Positions 27,361 to 35,612 of a stretch of DNA of 50,203 bases are shown piece after piece (the first letter of the stretch is position 1; the number at the start of each line of letters is the position of its first letter). This stretch comes from a virus. Taxonomy: Duplodnaviria; Caudoviricetes. Below the pieces are notes generated by a model. That model searched no databases and was not told the origin of the DNA. It saw only the letters and a program-made list of their open reading frames with translations. A program made the translations under genes and the position numbers. The stretch covers positions 1-50,203 of the IMG/VR virus record IMGVR_UViG_3300045283_000223. One strand, given 5' to 3'.

Positions 27361-28605
27361 TTAAAATCCTGGGCATGATGAAACGGATGATCCGGCTGGC
27401 AGCGCACCGAAGCGCGGGTTGGTGGCTACGGTGAAATCAGTGGCGGCGCAGAGGATCGCGCCGGGCGCTCCGCTGAAGAAGATGCCGTTTGTGTTGGTGC
27501 CGGTTAGAACATTGCCGGATAGCACCGTATGGGCGGAGCCGGTTAGCAACTCGACGGCCGATGTTCCATTCGATGAGAATGTGTTTCCGGTTATCGAAAC
27601 ACCCTGCCCTGCGCTGACGATACCATTGGTCGAACCGGTGATTGTGTTGTTGACGATCGACACCGACGTCGTGCTAGAACCGATCCTAATACAGGCCCCA
27701 CCGGAGTTCTGTTCGCATAGAGAATTCACGATCGCGAGGTTACCACCCGTCATGGTGTTGGCGTCGATCCCTATACCGGTATTGCTTCCGCCTCCGCTTT
27801 GCGCCAAATAGATGTCATTGACGGCTCCGCTGAGGACGAAACCACTTGCTCCGTTAAGCGTGCCCGAAGCGAAGAACATCTGAGCCCCAGCGCCAAATCC
27901 GCCGGAGTTTCCGGAGACAACGATGCCGCTCCCTAAGACGTTGGCATTGGCTTGAACATAGTTCAGGACTGGGCCTGTGGCTCCTGTGTTGGTGGAATTC
28001 CCGTCGAGCCAAATGCCATCAAGTTGGGCGAAGCTCTGGACCACGCTATTGAGTACGACACCGGCGCCGGTGATGTGTATCCCGTACTGATGCCCGATTA
28101 CACCAACATTCGAAATTGTGTTGACGCCTCCAGAATCCAGAATGCCCGGTCCTGTTCGACTGGCGGCGGCAACTGAGCTAGTCACGGCGAGATCATTGAG
28201 TTGTCCGAAGGCCGCCGTGATTGTGATGACCGGCGCCGAAACAGAATTGCCACGGATTTCGGTTGCGCCAGGAACGTTGCTGAACGTTCCGCCCTGACCT
28301 TGGAAGATAATCGACTTGCTAAGGGTGATGTTCGAGACGATGCAGACACCGCTTTGAATGATCAGCGTTCCACCATTTGCGGGCATCGCGGCGACAGCAG
28401 CAGCAAATGCTGATGTATCGTCCGTAGCGCCGTCGCAGAGCACACCGTAGCTTCTGGCGTAGAATGGCCCGTTAACGGAAACCGAAGGAAGGAAAGCGCC
28501 GTTAGATCGAGTCTGGTTGGAACTGCGTGGCGGCCCATCCATTTGGGCCAAGGCTGGAGAGGCTAGGGCTGAGGAGGCCAGGAGAAGGAGAAGAAGTCGC
28601 TTCAT
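27361..28605 (-). CDS. Pectate-lyase-like beta-helix (tailspike/depolymerase-like) with Sec signal peptide
   Basis: MKRLLLLLLASSALASPALA|Q; YGVLCDGATDDTSAFAAAV...GGTLIIQSG; repeated I.NN.I / GNT beta-helix rungs. Confidence 0.82.
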   Translation of the reverse strand: MKRLLLLLLASSALASPALAQMDGPPRSSNQTRSNGAFLPSVSVNGPFYARSYGVLCDGATDDTSAFAAAVAAMPANGGTLIIQSGVCIVSNITLSKSIIFQGQGGTFSNVPGATEIRGNSVSAPVITITAAFGQLNDLAVTSSVAAASRTGPGILDSGGVNTISNVGVIGHQYGIHITGAGVVLNSVVQSFAQLDGIWLDGNSTNTGATGPVLNYVQANANVLGSGIVVSGNSGGFGAGAQMFFASGTLNGASGFVLSGAVNDIYLAQSGGGSNTGIGIDANTMTGGNLAIVNSLCEQNSGGACIRIGSSTTSVSIVNNTITGSTNGIVSAGQGVSITGNTFSSNGTSAVELLTGSAHTVLSGNVLTGTNTNGIFFSGAPGAILCAATDFTVATNPRFGALPAGSSVSSCPGF

Positions 28606-28608
28606 GGA

Positions 28609-29088
28609 TTAGTAATCCCAGCAGGTGGCAACGACGGCAACTACAGACCCGCCAGAAACAAAGGCGGTGGAAAAGTAGGCTTGGAGGGTATCACCTGAGA
28701 CGATCTGGATGTAGAAGTTGCCGTATTGATCGATAGGGAGTGCAGACCACATTAGATTGACTGAAGGAACGCCGGCTGAGCCACCAGCGCCGGAGGGCAC
28801 ATTGACAGTATTAGCGGTGTAGAGTGTAGCGGCGTTGGTGATGGTGATGGTGACTGGATGGGCGACGGAATCATTGGTCGAAGCCCAGATCATATAGCAG
28901 CGGGAGCCATTGGCGCCGGCGGTGTAGAGGGTTTTGGGGGTGAGTGCGGCGTCTGTGCCCTGAACAAATCGGGCAAGGCCTCGATTAGGGACCTGTGGCG
29001 TGATGAAGGAATTTGGGGTTGTGGCCGCAAAGGTAGGGGAGATCCCAAGGAGTAGTACGGCAAGGATGGCAAGAAGCTTTTTCATCAC
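28609..29088 (-). CDS. Signal-peptide protein, beta-rich
   Basis: MKKLLAILAVLLLGISPTFA|A; TLYTAGANGSR; two Cys. Confidence 0.8.
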   Translation of the reverse strand: MMKKLLAILAVLLLGISPTFAATTPNSFITPQVPNRGLARFVQGTDAALTPKTLYTAGANGSRCYMIWASTNDSVAHPVTITITNAATLYTANTVNVPSGAGGSAGVPSVNLMWSALPIDQYGNFYIQIVSGDTLQAYFSTAFVSGGSVVAVVATCWDY

Positions 29089-29393
29089 TGTGACCCTGCA
29101 AGAGTGGCGAGAGCGGCGGAGGTGAAGCCTACGTTGGGGATAGCGTAGGTATTATCGGCACGGAGGAAGGTGGAGGTACCGCCGGGGGAGGTGAGGCCAC
29201 CGAAGGCCCCGGCGTTGTTGAATTGGACTTGGCCGTTGCTGCCGCCGGGGATGCCGGTGAGGACGGAGTTGGAGACCGCGCCTGGGATGCCGCCGGGGAT
29301 TGTGCCGCAGATGGTATTGGCTGGAAATACGCCATTGCATTGACCGAAGGCAGCCGAAGGCAGAAGGGTGAGGAGAAGGAGAAGCTTCTTCAT
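29085..29393 (-). CDS. Signal-peptide protein with tail-fibre shaft motifs
   Basis: MKKLLLLLTLLPSAAFG|Q; PGGSNGQVQFNNAGAFGG and GGTSTFLRADNTYA. Confidence 0.78.
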   Translation of the reverse strand: MKKLLLLLTLLPSAAFGQCNGVFPANTICGTIPGGIPGAVSNSVLTGIPGGSNGQVQFNNAGAFGGLTSPGGTSTFLRADNTYAIPNVGFTSAALATLAGSQ

Positions 29394-29818
29394 TGGAGCA
29401 GGGTCCATCCACCGGTTTCGAGGATTGGTTTGAGAAGGAATGCGCCGTAGGGGGTGGCGAGGCGGATTGTGGTAAGGCCGGAGATGGTCTCACCGGCGAT
29501 GGGGTTGATGGTGTAGGTGTTGGTCCCGGCAAAGCCGCCGACGTCAGCGATGGTGACAAGGGCGAGATACCATTGGCCGGGGATGGATTGTGGGCCGGCG
29601 GTCGCGGCCTTGGAGGATGGGAGGTTGATTGTGACATTGCCATTGGCGGCGATAGTGATTAGGTTGGTCCCGCGGGAGATCGCGTAGGTGCCAGTAGCGG
29701 TGATGGGAAGGATTGCCTGCTGGGGAACATATAGCCAGCCGACCGAAGGGCCCATGAAGACCCGCTGGTATTGGCGAAAGGTGCCGCCCTGGTCGAGATC
29801 GAGTTGTGACGGACTCAT
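29390..29818 (-). CDS. Fibre/baseplate-like beta-domain protein, no signal peptide
   Basis: VTINLP...VTIADVGGFAGTNTYTINPIAGETISG...GGW pattern seen in phage fibre domains. Confidence 0.7.
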   Translation of the reverse strand: MSPSQLDLDQGGTFRQYQRVFMGPSVGWLYVPQQAILPITATGTYAISRGTNLITIAANGNVTINLPSSKAATAGPQSIPGQWYLALVTIADVGGFAGTNTYTINPIAGETISGLTTIRLATPYGAFLLKPILETGGWTLLQ

Positions 29819-30117
29819 TGGGCCTCACGAAGGAGTTTGGCGTAGGAGGACTTGTTGTACTCGGCTAGTTGGCATTTGGCGACTTCGGCGAAGGCAAGAG
29901 GGCCGAGATCGGCGGCGACCGCGACGGAGGCGATGGCAAGGGTTCGGCCGGCGTAGCGCTCTGGGGACCAAGGGGCCGGATGGCAGTATTCCGCGACCAT
30001 GTGGGAGATGATGACTTCTTGGGTTTGGTCGGCCCAATGGCGTGGGTCGAGGCAGAGATAGGCCGAGGCCGCACCGAGGGTGAAGGCAAGGATAGCGGTG
30101 AGGCCCAGGCGAAGCAT
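29815..30117 (-). CDS. Small protein with N-terminal TM/signal segment
   Basis: MLRLGLTAILAFTLGAASAYL; three Cys; ATGA coupling. Confidence 0.6.
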   Translation of the reverse strand: MLRLGLTAILAFTLGAASAYLCLDPRHWADQTQEVIISHMVAEYCHPAPWSPERYAGRTLAIASVAVAADLGPLAFAEVAKCQLAEYNKSSYAKLLREAQ

Positions 30118-30120
30118 CGG

Positions 30121-30651
30121 TCAGACTCGACGGGTGGAAGGGGTAGGTTCGGGTTCGGCCGCGGGGACGGCAGCCTCGAGTACAGCAAGGCGGGCCTCCA
30201 GAACTTCGACCTCAGTGGTCACTGGTGCCGGTGGCGCCACCTTCGCAAAGTTCTCCATCATGGCTTTCATGAAGGCGAGCTCTTTGGAGTCCATGCCGCC
30301 GTTGACTGGGAGGGTCTCGATTGGGTGCTCCCACTTGGGGCGCAGCCGATCGGTGATTTCCTGGGCGGCGTCGTTCAGTGGCTCCATCTCGGGGGTGGGA
30401 TCGCTGGAGAAGATGTAATCCCGCGGGTTGTTGTGGTCGCCTTTATAGGCGACAATGATCTCGCTGGGGTGGTTGAAGTCGGAGGGGTCCTTGGGGTTGA
30501 GGTACATTGGGACGGGGAAGAGTTTCCGGACGGTACGCCCGGTCTCGCGCGCGGTTTCCTTGTGTTCCCACTCGACACGGGTGCCGTCGGGGAGTTGCTG
30601 AATGTTGAGGTAATGTTCGTTGATTAAGCGCCAACGCGGGGCTTCGGTCAT
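30121..30651 (-). CDS. Hypothetical protein
   Basis: AAGGAG SD; soluble; C-terminal coiled coil. Confidence 0.75.
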   Translation of the reverse strand: MTEAPRWRLINEHYLNIQQLPDGTRVEWEHKETARETGRTVRKLFPVPMYLNPKDPSDFNHPSEIIVAYKGDHNNPRDYIFSSDPTPEMEPLNDAAQEITDRLRPKWEHPIETLPVNGGMDSKELAFMKAMMENFAKVAPPAPVTTEVEVLEARLAVLEAAVPAAEPEPTPSTRRV

Positions 30652-30663
30652 TGGATAGTCTCC

Positions 30664-31410
30664 TTATTTACTGTTGTATTCTGTGATTAGCACGCAACCG
30701 TTGCCGCCTTGGCCACCGGCTGCGGTAGATGCGGAGCCTTCGCTTTCACCGCCAGAACCGCCACCGCCGCAGGCAGTCCCGGCTACACCGTTTACGATAC
30801 CAGCAGTGGCGTCGACACCAGGGGCACCTCCACCCCATGGACCGCTGGCTCCATAGCCGGATGGGCCATCGGCTGTGGTTATGGTAGCGGCAAAGCCAGA
30901 GCCGCCGGAATTGCCGGTGATCTTGAAATCACCAGTACCACTTGCCGCGCTGCCTCCAAGACCACCTCCACCCGCAGATCCTGCTGCTGTTCCAGCAGCA
31001 CCGAAGGATCCACCCTTTGCGACGCATAAGGTGCCGAGGGAAGTGTCATTGCCGGCAGAACCAGAATTAGCCCCAGTGGCACCGCCATTGGCTGCGGCGG
31101 TGTTAGTGATGGCTTGTGAAGCGCCAACTTGGGCGGAAGTTAGACGGACTCGAGAATAGCCCCCGGAGCCGCCACCACCACCAGAGGTCGCACCAGTGGC
31201 TGCGGCAGCAGCACCTCCGCCACCACCGCCTTGGCCAACGCATTCAACAATGGCAAAGAGTAGATTGGCGTTAGGAGTATAGGTGCCATTGGAGGACGTG
31301 GTGAAGGATTGAAAGGTGGTGCTATAGGCGGCTGCTCCGGAGGTGGTGATGGTTTGAGCCGAAGCCGAGGACAGGGTGAGGGAGAGGAGAAATGCAAACA
31401 GTCGGGTCAT
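30664..31410 (-). CDS. Signal-peptide glycine-rich fibre-type domain protein
   Basis: MTRLFAFLLSLTLSSASA|Q; FTTSSNGTYTP...VECVGQGGGGGG...GGNGCVLITEY, a Gly-rich domain typical of phage fibre C-termini. Confidence 0.8.
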   Translation of the reverse strand: MTRLFAFLLSLTLSSASAQTITTSGAAAYSTTFQSFTTSSNGTYTPNANLLFAIVECVGQGGGGGGAAAAATGATSGGGGGSGGYSRVRLTSAQVGASQAITNTAAANGGATGANSGSAGNDTSLGTLCVAKGGSFGAAGTAAGSAGGGGLGGSAASGTGDFKITGNSGGSGFAATITTADGPSGYGASGPWGGGAPGVDATAGIVNGVAGTACGGGGSGGESEGSASTAAGGQGGNGCVLITEYNSK

Positions 31411-32663
31411 TGGATTGTCCCGTGAATGAAGCCGACGGTGGACGCGGTCTTGGTAGCACAGGCGGTGGAGGATATGACTGCGGTGATACCGACGGAGAAG
31501 AACTCGAATGGTTGCGGGGTGTAGTTGATTGAGCCAATGCCTCCGGCGGCGATGGGGATGCAGTCTTGAAGACCACCGGAAGCGGTGCCAGCGGTAGTAG
31601 CGCCGTCGCCTGGGGCAGTGGCGGAGTTGAAGATCATTAGCCAGCAGGCAGCGGTGCAGTTGGCGTAGGCGGAGATGAGGTGACCGGCAGCGGCCTTGAG
31701 AACGAGGGAAGAGGAAGCAGAACCAGCAACAGAGGAGACTGCAGTGATTGGGTTGCCGGATGAGTCGCCGACGGTGACTTGGTTGATTTGCATCGTGGAT
31801 TGGGTGGCGGGTCCAGAGGTGCCGTTCGCGATAACGAAGCTGGCAGGGAGTTGGTTGACGTCAGGGCCGAGAGCGCCGCGGGTGGTGTAGGCGACCAGCA
31901 GAAGTTGGCCGTTGATTTGGTTCTCCATATACCAGAGAATGTTATCGCCGCGGAAGTATATGACGTATTTGTATGACCCGGTGTCGGTGTGTTGGGGGTT
32001 ACAGGCGCAGCCACCGGAGAAGGAGCCGGGTGCACCGGAAAGGGATTGGGTGGTGACTGGAACGAAGCCTTGAGTGACGGAGAGATCAGCGATTATGGTG
32101 CGAGCGCCAGAGGCCCAGGTGACCGCGCGGAGCTTGCCATCGGTGCCGTCCTCGAAGCCGACGCAATCGGTGCAGTAGGCGGCCGCGGTAGGGGTGGTCG
32201 GGATTGTGCCGAAGCCGATGAATTCGACCGTGTTGGTGGTGGACGGGTTGGAGAGGTTGATGTTGGCCTGGAAGAAGAGGTAGCCGGGGTTCTTGTCGAA
32301 GAAGATCAACTGGGTGGAAAGGGCGGAGAAGCCATTGGCGGAGGTGCCGCCGGCGAGGGTGGTTTGGCCAGTGGCGTTTGAGGCGGCGGTACCGCCGGTG
32401 CCGGAGGTTGGGGTGCGCCATCGGTTGATGGTGTTGAGGGTACCGGTGGAGAAGTCGTCGACGAAGAGTTGCTTGGTTTGATCCGGCCAGTTTTGCACCC
32501 AGCCGCCGTTGGTGGTCGGGACCGCGCCGATGGGGACGCCCTGGGATCCGTTGGAGTAGGAGCCGGCTTGGGGGACAACGTTCGCGCCGCCTTGGATGGG
32601 GAAGGATTGAGCGAAGGCAAAGACGGGCCACAGGGCCAGCAGAAGGGAAAGGATTCGTTTCAT
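31407..32663 (-). CDS. Signal-peptide beta-sandwich/lectin-like protein (418 aa)
   Basis: Real start ATG 32663: MKRILSLLLALWPVFAFA|Q, GGAG SD; FVDDFSTGTLNT..RW; several Cys pairs. Confidence 0.8.
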   Translation of the reverse strand: MKRILSLLLALWPVFAFAQSFPIQGGANVVPQAGSYSNGSQGVPIGAVPTTNGGWVQNWPDQTKQLFVDDFSTGTLNTINRWRTPTSGTGGTAASNATGQTTLAGGTSANGFSALSTQLIFFDKNPGYLFFQANINLSNPSTTNTVEFIGFGTIPTTPTAAAYCTDCVGFEDGTDGKLRAVTWASGARTIIADLSVTQGFVPVTTQSLSGAPGSFSGGCACNPQHTDTGSYKYVIYFRGDNILWYMENQINGQLLLVAYTTRGALGPDVNQLPASFVIANGTSGPATQSTMQINQVTVGDSSGNPITAVSSVAGSASSSLVLKAAAGHLISAYANCTAACWLMIFNSATAPGDGATTAGTASGGLQDCIPIAAGGIGSINYTPQPFEFFSVGITAVISSTACATKTASTVGFIHGTIQ

Positions 32664-33691
32664 TGCAAGCTCCAACGTTGGAGGGCGGCAGGTAGGCGGA
32701 GTGGGTGGGCCGCGTAGTCGCGGGAGATGTTGCCGAGGACGGCGAAGGCGATTAGGGCGGTGATCGGATGGTAGAATGGGAACCAGAAGGCGGCGAGGGC
32801 CGCAGTGGCGAAGACGATTGGCCAATAAAGGGATCGGTGGGCAAGGAGGCCGCAGGTGAGGACGGCGAGGAGAGGGATCGCGCCAATGCCGAATTCGAAG
32901 GCGAGCTGGAGATAGTCGTTGTGGACGAACTGCGGATGCATTACCACATCGGCTGCGTCGCGGTAGAAGACAAGGTCGAAGTTCCCTGGGCCCCAACCGA
33001 GAAGGGTCAGGCCGCGGTAGGCCACGACCCAGATTTGCAGTCGGATGGAGTCGGTCAGGCCGGGGTGATAGGTGAAGATGATGGCGGCGGCCAGGAGGAG
33101 GATTAGGGCGGTTAGGGCACCGAGGTAACGGGCGACAAGACCGGCGGCCAGGATCAGCCACCCGCCACGGGAGCCGGAGAGGATTAGGCCGAGGGCAGGG
33201 CCGGGCAGCCAGAGCCATGCGCGCTCGAGGGAGAGGGCCAAAAGGGCGAGAGCACAGACGGCGGAGGAGACGGTCGGGTTGATTAAGAGGCCAGGATAGC
33301 CGGTGGCGGTGGGGATTAAGATCTCGAAGTAGCCAAAGGCTTGGGCTAGGGCAAAGCCCGTGGAGATGGTAAGGCCAAGGGCTAGGCCGAGCCAGAGATG
33401 GCGGAGGGAGTGGTACATGGAGCCAAGGGTAAAGGTCATGGCCCAGGCGAAGGGGAACCATAGGCCGAGGCTATCGAGGGAGTAGGCCCAAGAGAGGCCC
33501 AAGACGATATAGCCCATGAAGCCACAGCCGAGCCAGAAGGGTACGCTGGGGTGGATAGGGTTGCGATCGTTGAGATGGCCGTAGAGGATCAGGAACGGCA
33601 AGGCCACAGCGAGGACATACCACTGCACGGGTCCACCCTCAGCCTCAGGGAGGTAGGAGATGGGGAGAATGAGGCCGAGGGTGAAGAGCAT
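32660..33691 (-). CDS. O-antigen ligase / O-oligosaccharyltransferase (Wzy_C, WaaL/PglL-like) membrane protein
   Basis: About 10 TM segments; LILSGSRGGWL, SIRLQIW, LLGWGPGNF, VHNDYLQLAFEFGI. Confidence 0.88.
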   Translation of the reverse strand: MLFTLGLILPISYLPEAEGGPVQWYVLAVALPFLILYGHLNDRNPIHPSVPFWLGCGFMGYIVLGLSWAYSLDSLGLWFPFAWAMTFTLGSMYHSLRHLWLGLALGLTISTGFALAQAFGYFEILIPTATGYPGLLINPTVSSAVCALALLALSLERAWLWLPGPALGLILSGSRGGWLILAAGLVARYLGALTALILLLAAAIIFTYHPGLTDSIRLQIWVVAYRGLTLLGWGPGNFDLVFYRDAADVVMHPQFVHNDYLQLAFEFGIGAIPLLAVLTCGLLAHRSLYWPIVFATAALAAFWFPFYHPITALIAFAVLGNISRDYAAHPLRLPAALQRWSLQ

Positions 33692-33701
33692 GGTAAGGGC
33701 C

Positions 33702-34145
33702 TTACTTGGAGCCTGAGCAGTAGTAGGAGACGACGTTGGACGAGGTGCCAACCTGCGTGGTGATCAGGGCCTGGAAGCCGACGGCGGCCGCAGCGATTGG
33801 GGTGGCGAGGGCAGCCTGGGAGAAGACCATGCAGTAGGGGGTCGCAAGGTAGGCCTTGTTGAAGGCTATGGTGACGCCGACGGAGTTGGCGCCGTTGGTG
33901 ATGAGGCCAGCGGTATCGGTGCCGACCACAGTGCAGGCACCACCGGAGGCGGTGGGGGTGCAAGTGGGGGTGCCCGGGCCGGTGGTGAGTTGGTGGCCCG
34001 GGATGTAGAGGTTGTTGTTGGAGTCGACCTGGAACGCCCCGGTGGTGTCTTGGGAGAGTTGCAGGGCCCGGGTGAAGGTCTGGGCGAGGGCAAAGCCGAG
34101 GCCTAGAAGGAGGATGAGGGCGGAAGGGAGGAGATATTTGCGCAT
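33702..34145 (-). CDS. Signal-peptide Thr-rich protein
   Basis: MRKYLLPSALILLLGLGFALA|Q; PTC...ACTVVGTDTAG...TIAFNKAYLATPYCMV...YYC. Confidence 0.8.
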   Translation of the reverse strand: MRKYLLPSALILLLGLGFALAQTFTRALQLSQDTTGAFQVDSNNNLYIPGHQLTTGPGTPTCTPTASGGACTVVGTDTAGLITNGANSVGVTIAFNKAYLATPYCMVFSQAALATPIAAAAVGFQALITTQVGTSSNVVSYYCSGSK

Positions 34146-34157
34146 GGGGGATTAACC

Positions 34158-34403
34158 TCACTGAGTTACAAGATATATGGTTGCTCCAGAGAGGTTTTGT
34201 CCTCCCTGAAACAGTTGCCCTCCAGCGGGGATCACTGGATCAAAGGCATTTGTAACATCTGCACCAACAGCAAAGGTGCTGCTTCCAGGCGAAACCACAA
34301 GCGCCTGAACCACCTTATCGCCAGCTAGAGCCGAAGGAACATTGATTGCATTTGGCCCAGGATTTGGAAAGGTGCCTATGATGAAGTTAACGATTGTGGT
34401 CAT
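34158..34403 (-). CDS. Small beta-rich protein, lower GC
   Basis: GGAGGAG SD; 81 aa; no signal peptide. Confidence 0.7.
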   Translation of the reverse strand: MTTIVNFIIGTFPNPGPNAINVPSALAGDKVVQALVVSPGSSTFAVGADVTNAFDPVIPAGGQLFQGGQNLSGATIYLVTQ

Positions 34404-34406
34404 GGG

Positions 34407-35057
34407 TTACTCCTCCGTCCAAACGACCGAGCCGTTATATACCGAAGCATTACCCAACGCAGTTGAGTTATTCAGGCAGATCTGCTGCGCGGTACCGCGC
34501 AGTGTGGCGAGTTGGACGTTGTTTTCGGCATCGCGAGCGAAGTGAAAGTCGACTACTCCTGGGGCCTGAGTAGTGGCTAGGCCTAGAGGTAGGGCGATCA
34601 ACTGCGAGTCGATATAGACCGGAGCGGTATCAACAATGGTTGGAGCTGCGGTATAGGTGTTCAACACTGCGGTGGAGGCAGTGTTGAGATTTTGCCCGGT
34701 ATCGCGAGAGGCGATCTGTGTGGCGATGCCTGGATTGGCAGTCGTGGTTGCCACAGTGCCACCAGTATCGAGAGAGGCTCGACGAAGCATTTGGATCGGC
34801 ATGGTCTGTGCCGCAGTGGCAGTGGTGCCCCATAAGGTGATTCGCTGAATGCGAACGATTCTAGTGGCTGATCCTGATATGCATAGGAAGTCTGAGTTGG
34901 CTCCAGTCGGAGGGACCAAAGCGAAGAAGGCAGAGGAATAGGTCTGCTTGGCGTAATAGCCGGTGGAGAGGCCGGGTTGGGGGGTGACATTGACCTGAGC
35001 CAAGCTTGAGGCCAGAAGCCCCAAGAAGATGGCGAGGGAAAGAAGGAGTCGTTTCAT
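34407..35057 (-). CDS. Signal-peptide protein (216 aa)
   Basis: Real start ATG 35057 after GGGAGGG: MKRLLLSLAIFLGLLASSLA|Q; ends WTEE; two Cys. Confidence 0.8.
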   Translation of the reverse strand: MKRLLLSLAIFLGLLASSLAQVNVTPQPGLSTGYYAKQTYSSAFFALVPPTGANSDFLCISGSATRIVRIQRITLWGTTATAAQTMPIQMLRRASLDTGGTVATTTANPGIATQIASRDTGQNLNTASTAVLNTYTAAPTIVDTAPVYIDSQLIALPLGLATTQAPGVVDFHFARDAENNVQLATLRGTAQQICLNNSTALGNASVYNGSVVWTEE

Positions 35058-35068
35058 TCTGCCCTCCC

Positions 35069-35602
35069 TCAATTCGCGATGGTGATGCCGGCGGGGTATC
35101 CGCCGAGGGTGGAGTTGACGGTGGAGGAGTAGGCTTGGTCGTGCCGGTCGAGCACGATGAAGGCGGAGACGTTGCCTGCCGTGGTGGTGGCGCCGCCGAT
35201 CACATAGGAGAGTTGCAGGAAGCGGGGGATGGCGATGCCGGCAGGAGGGCGGGGCATGTCGATGTCCATCAGCCGTGCGCCCTGAACGAGGGTGGCAAGG
35301 GCGTAGGCTGGAGATACCCACCAGTCCGAGAAGGCGTTGGCGGCGCCTAGGCCGTTGTCCGTGGCGCCTTGAAATTTGACTTGGAGGGTCGCAGCGCCGG
35401 CAGAGGTAACGGTGGTGGTGATCTGGACCAGGATCTTCATCGCTGGGTCATCGCCGATGCCGATGTCTCTGGCGCCCTGGAGGTTGGCAAGGACGGGGAT
35501 TCCGGCCATATGGAGATCCAGGGAGTTGCTGGAGACGATGGTGGAGGTCACAGCCGCGATCGACTGGTTGACCGAGAACGCGAGTAGGTTGTCGAGGATC
35601 AT
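35069..35602 (-). CDS. Capsid cement protein (BPP-1 Bbp16-like)
   Basis: MILDNLLAFS..Q.I...S.N.LDL...RDIGIG...AATLQV..Q...RFLQLSY; directly after the major capsid gene. Confidence 0.82.
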   Translation of the reverse strand: MILDNLLAFSVNQSIAAVTSTIVSSNSLDLHMAGIPVLANLQGARDIGIGDDPAMKILVQITTTVTSAGAATLQVKFQGATDNGLGAANAFSDWWVSPAYALATLVQGARLMDIDMPRPPAGIAIPRFLQLSYVIGGATTTAGNVSAFIVLDRHDQAYSSTVNSTLGGYPAGITIAN

Positions 35603-35612
35603 GGGGTGCTCC

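Noticed and set aside
32664-33461. N-terminal 266 aa of the 684-aa ORF (and similar extensions of 34407-35321, 5999-6505, 11658-12062)
   Set aside because: Pro/Arg-rich shadow frame of the overlapping gene; the true starts have SD sites and signal peptides downstream
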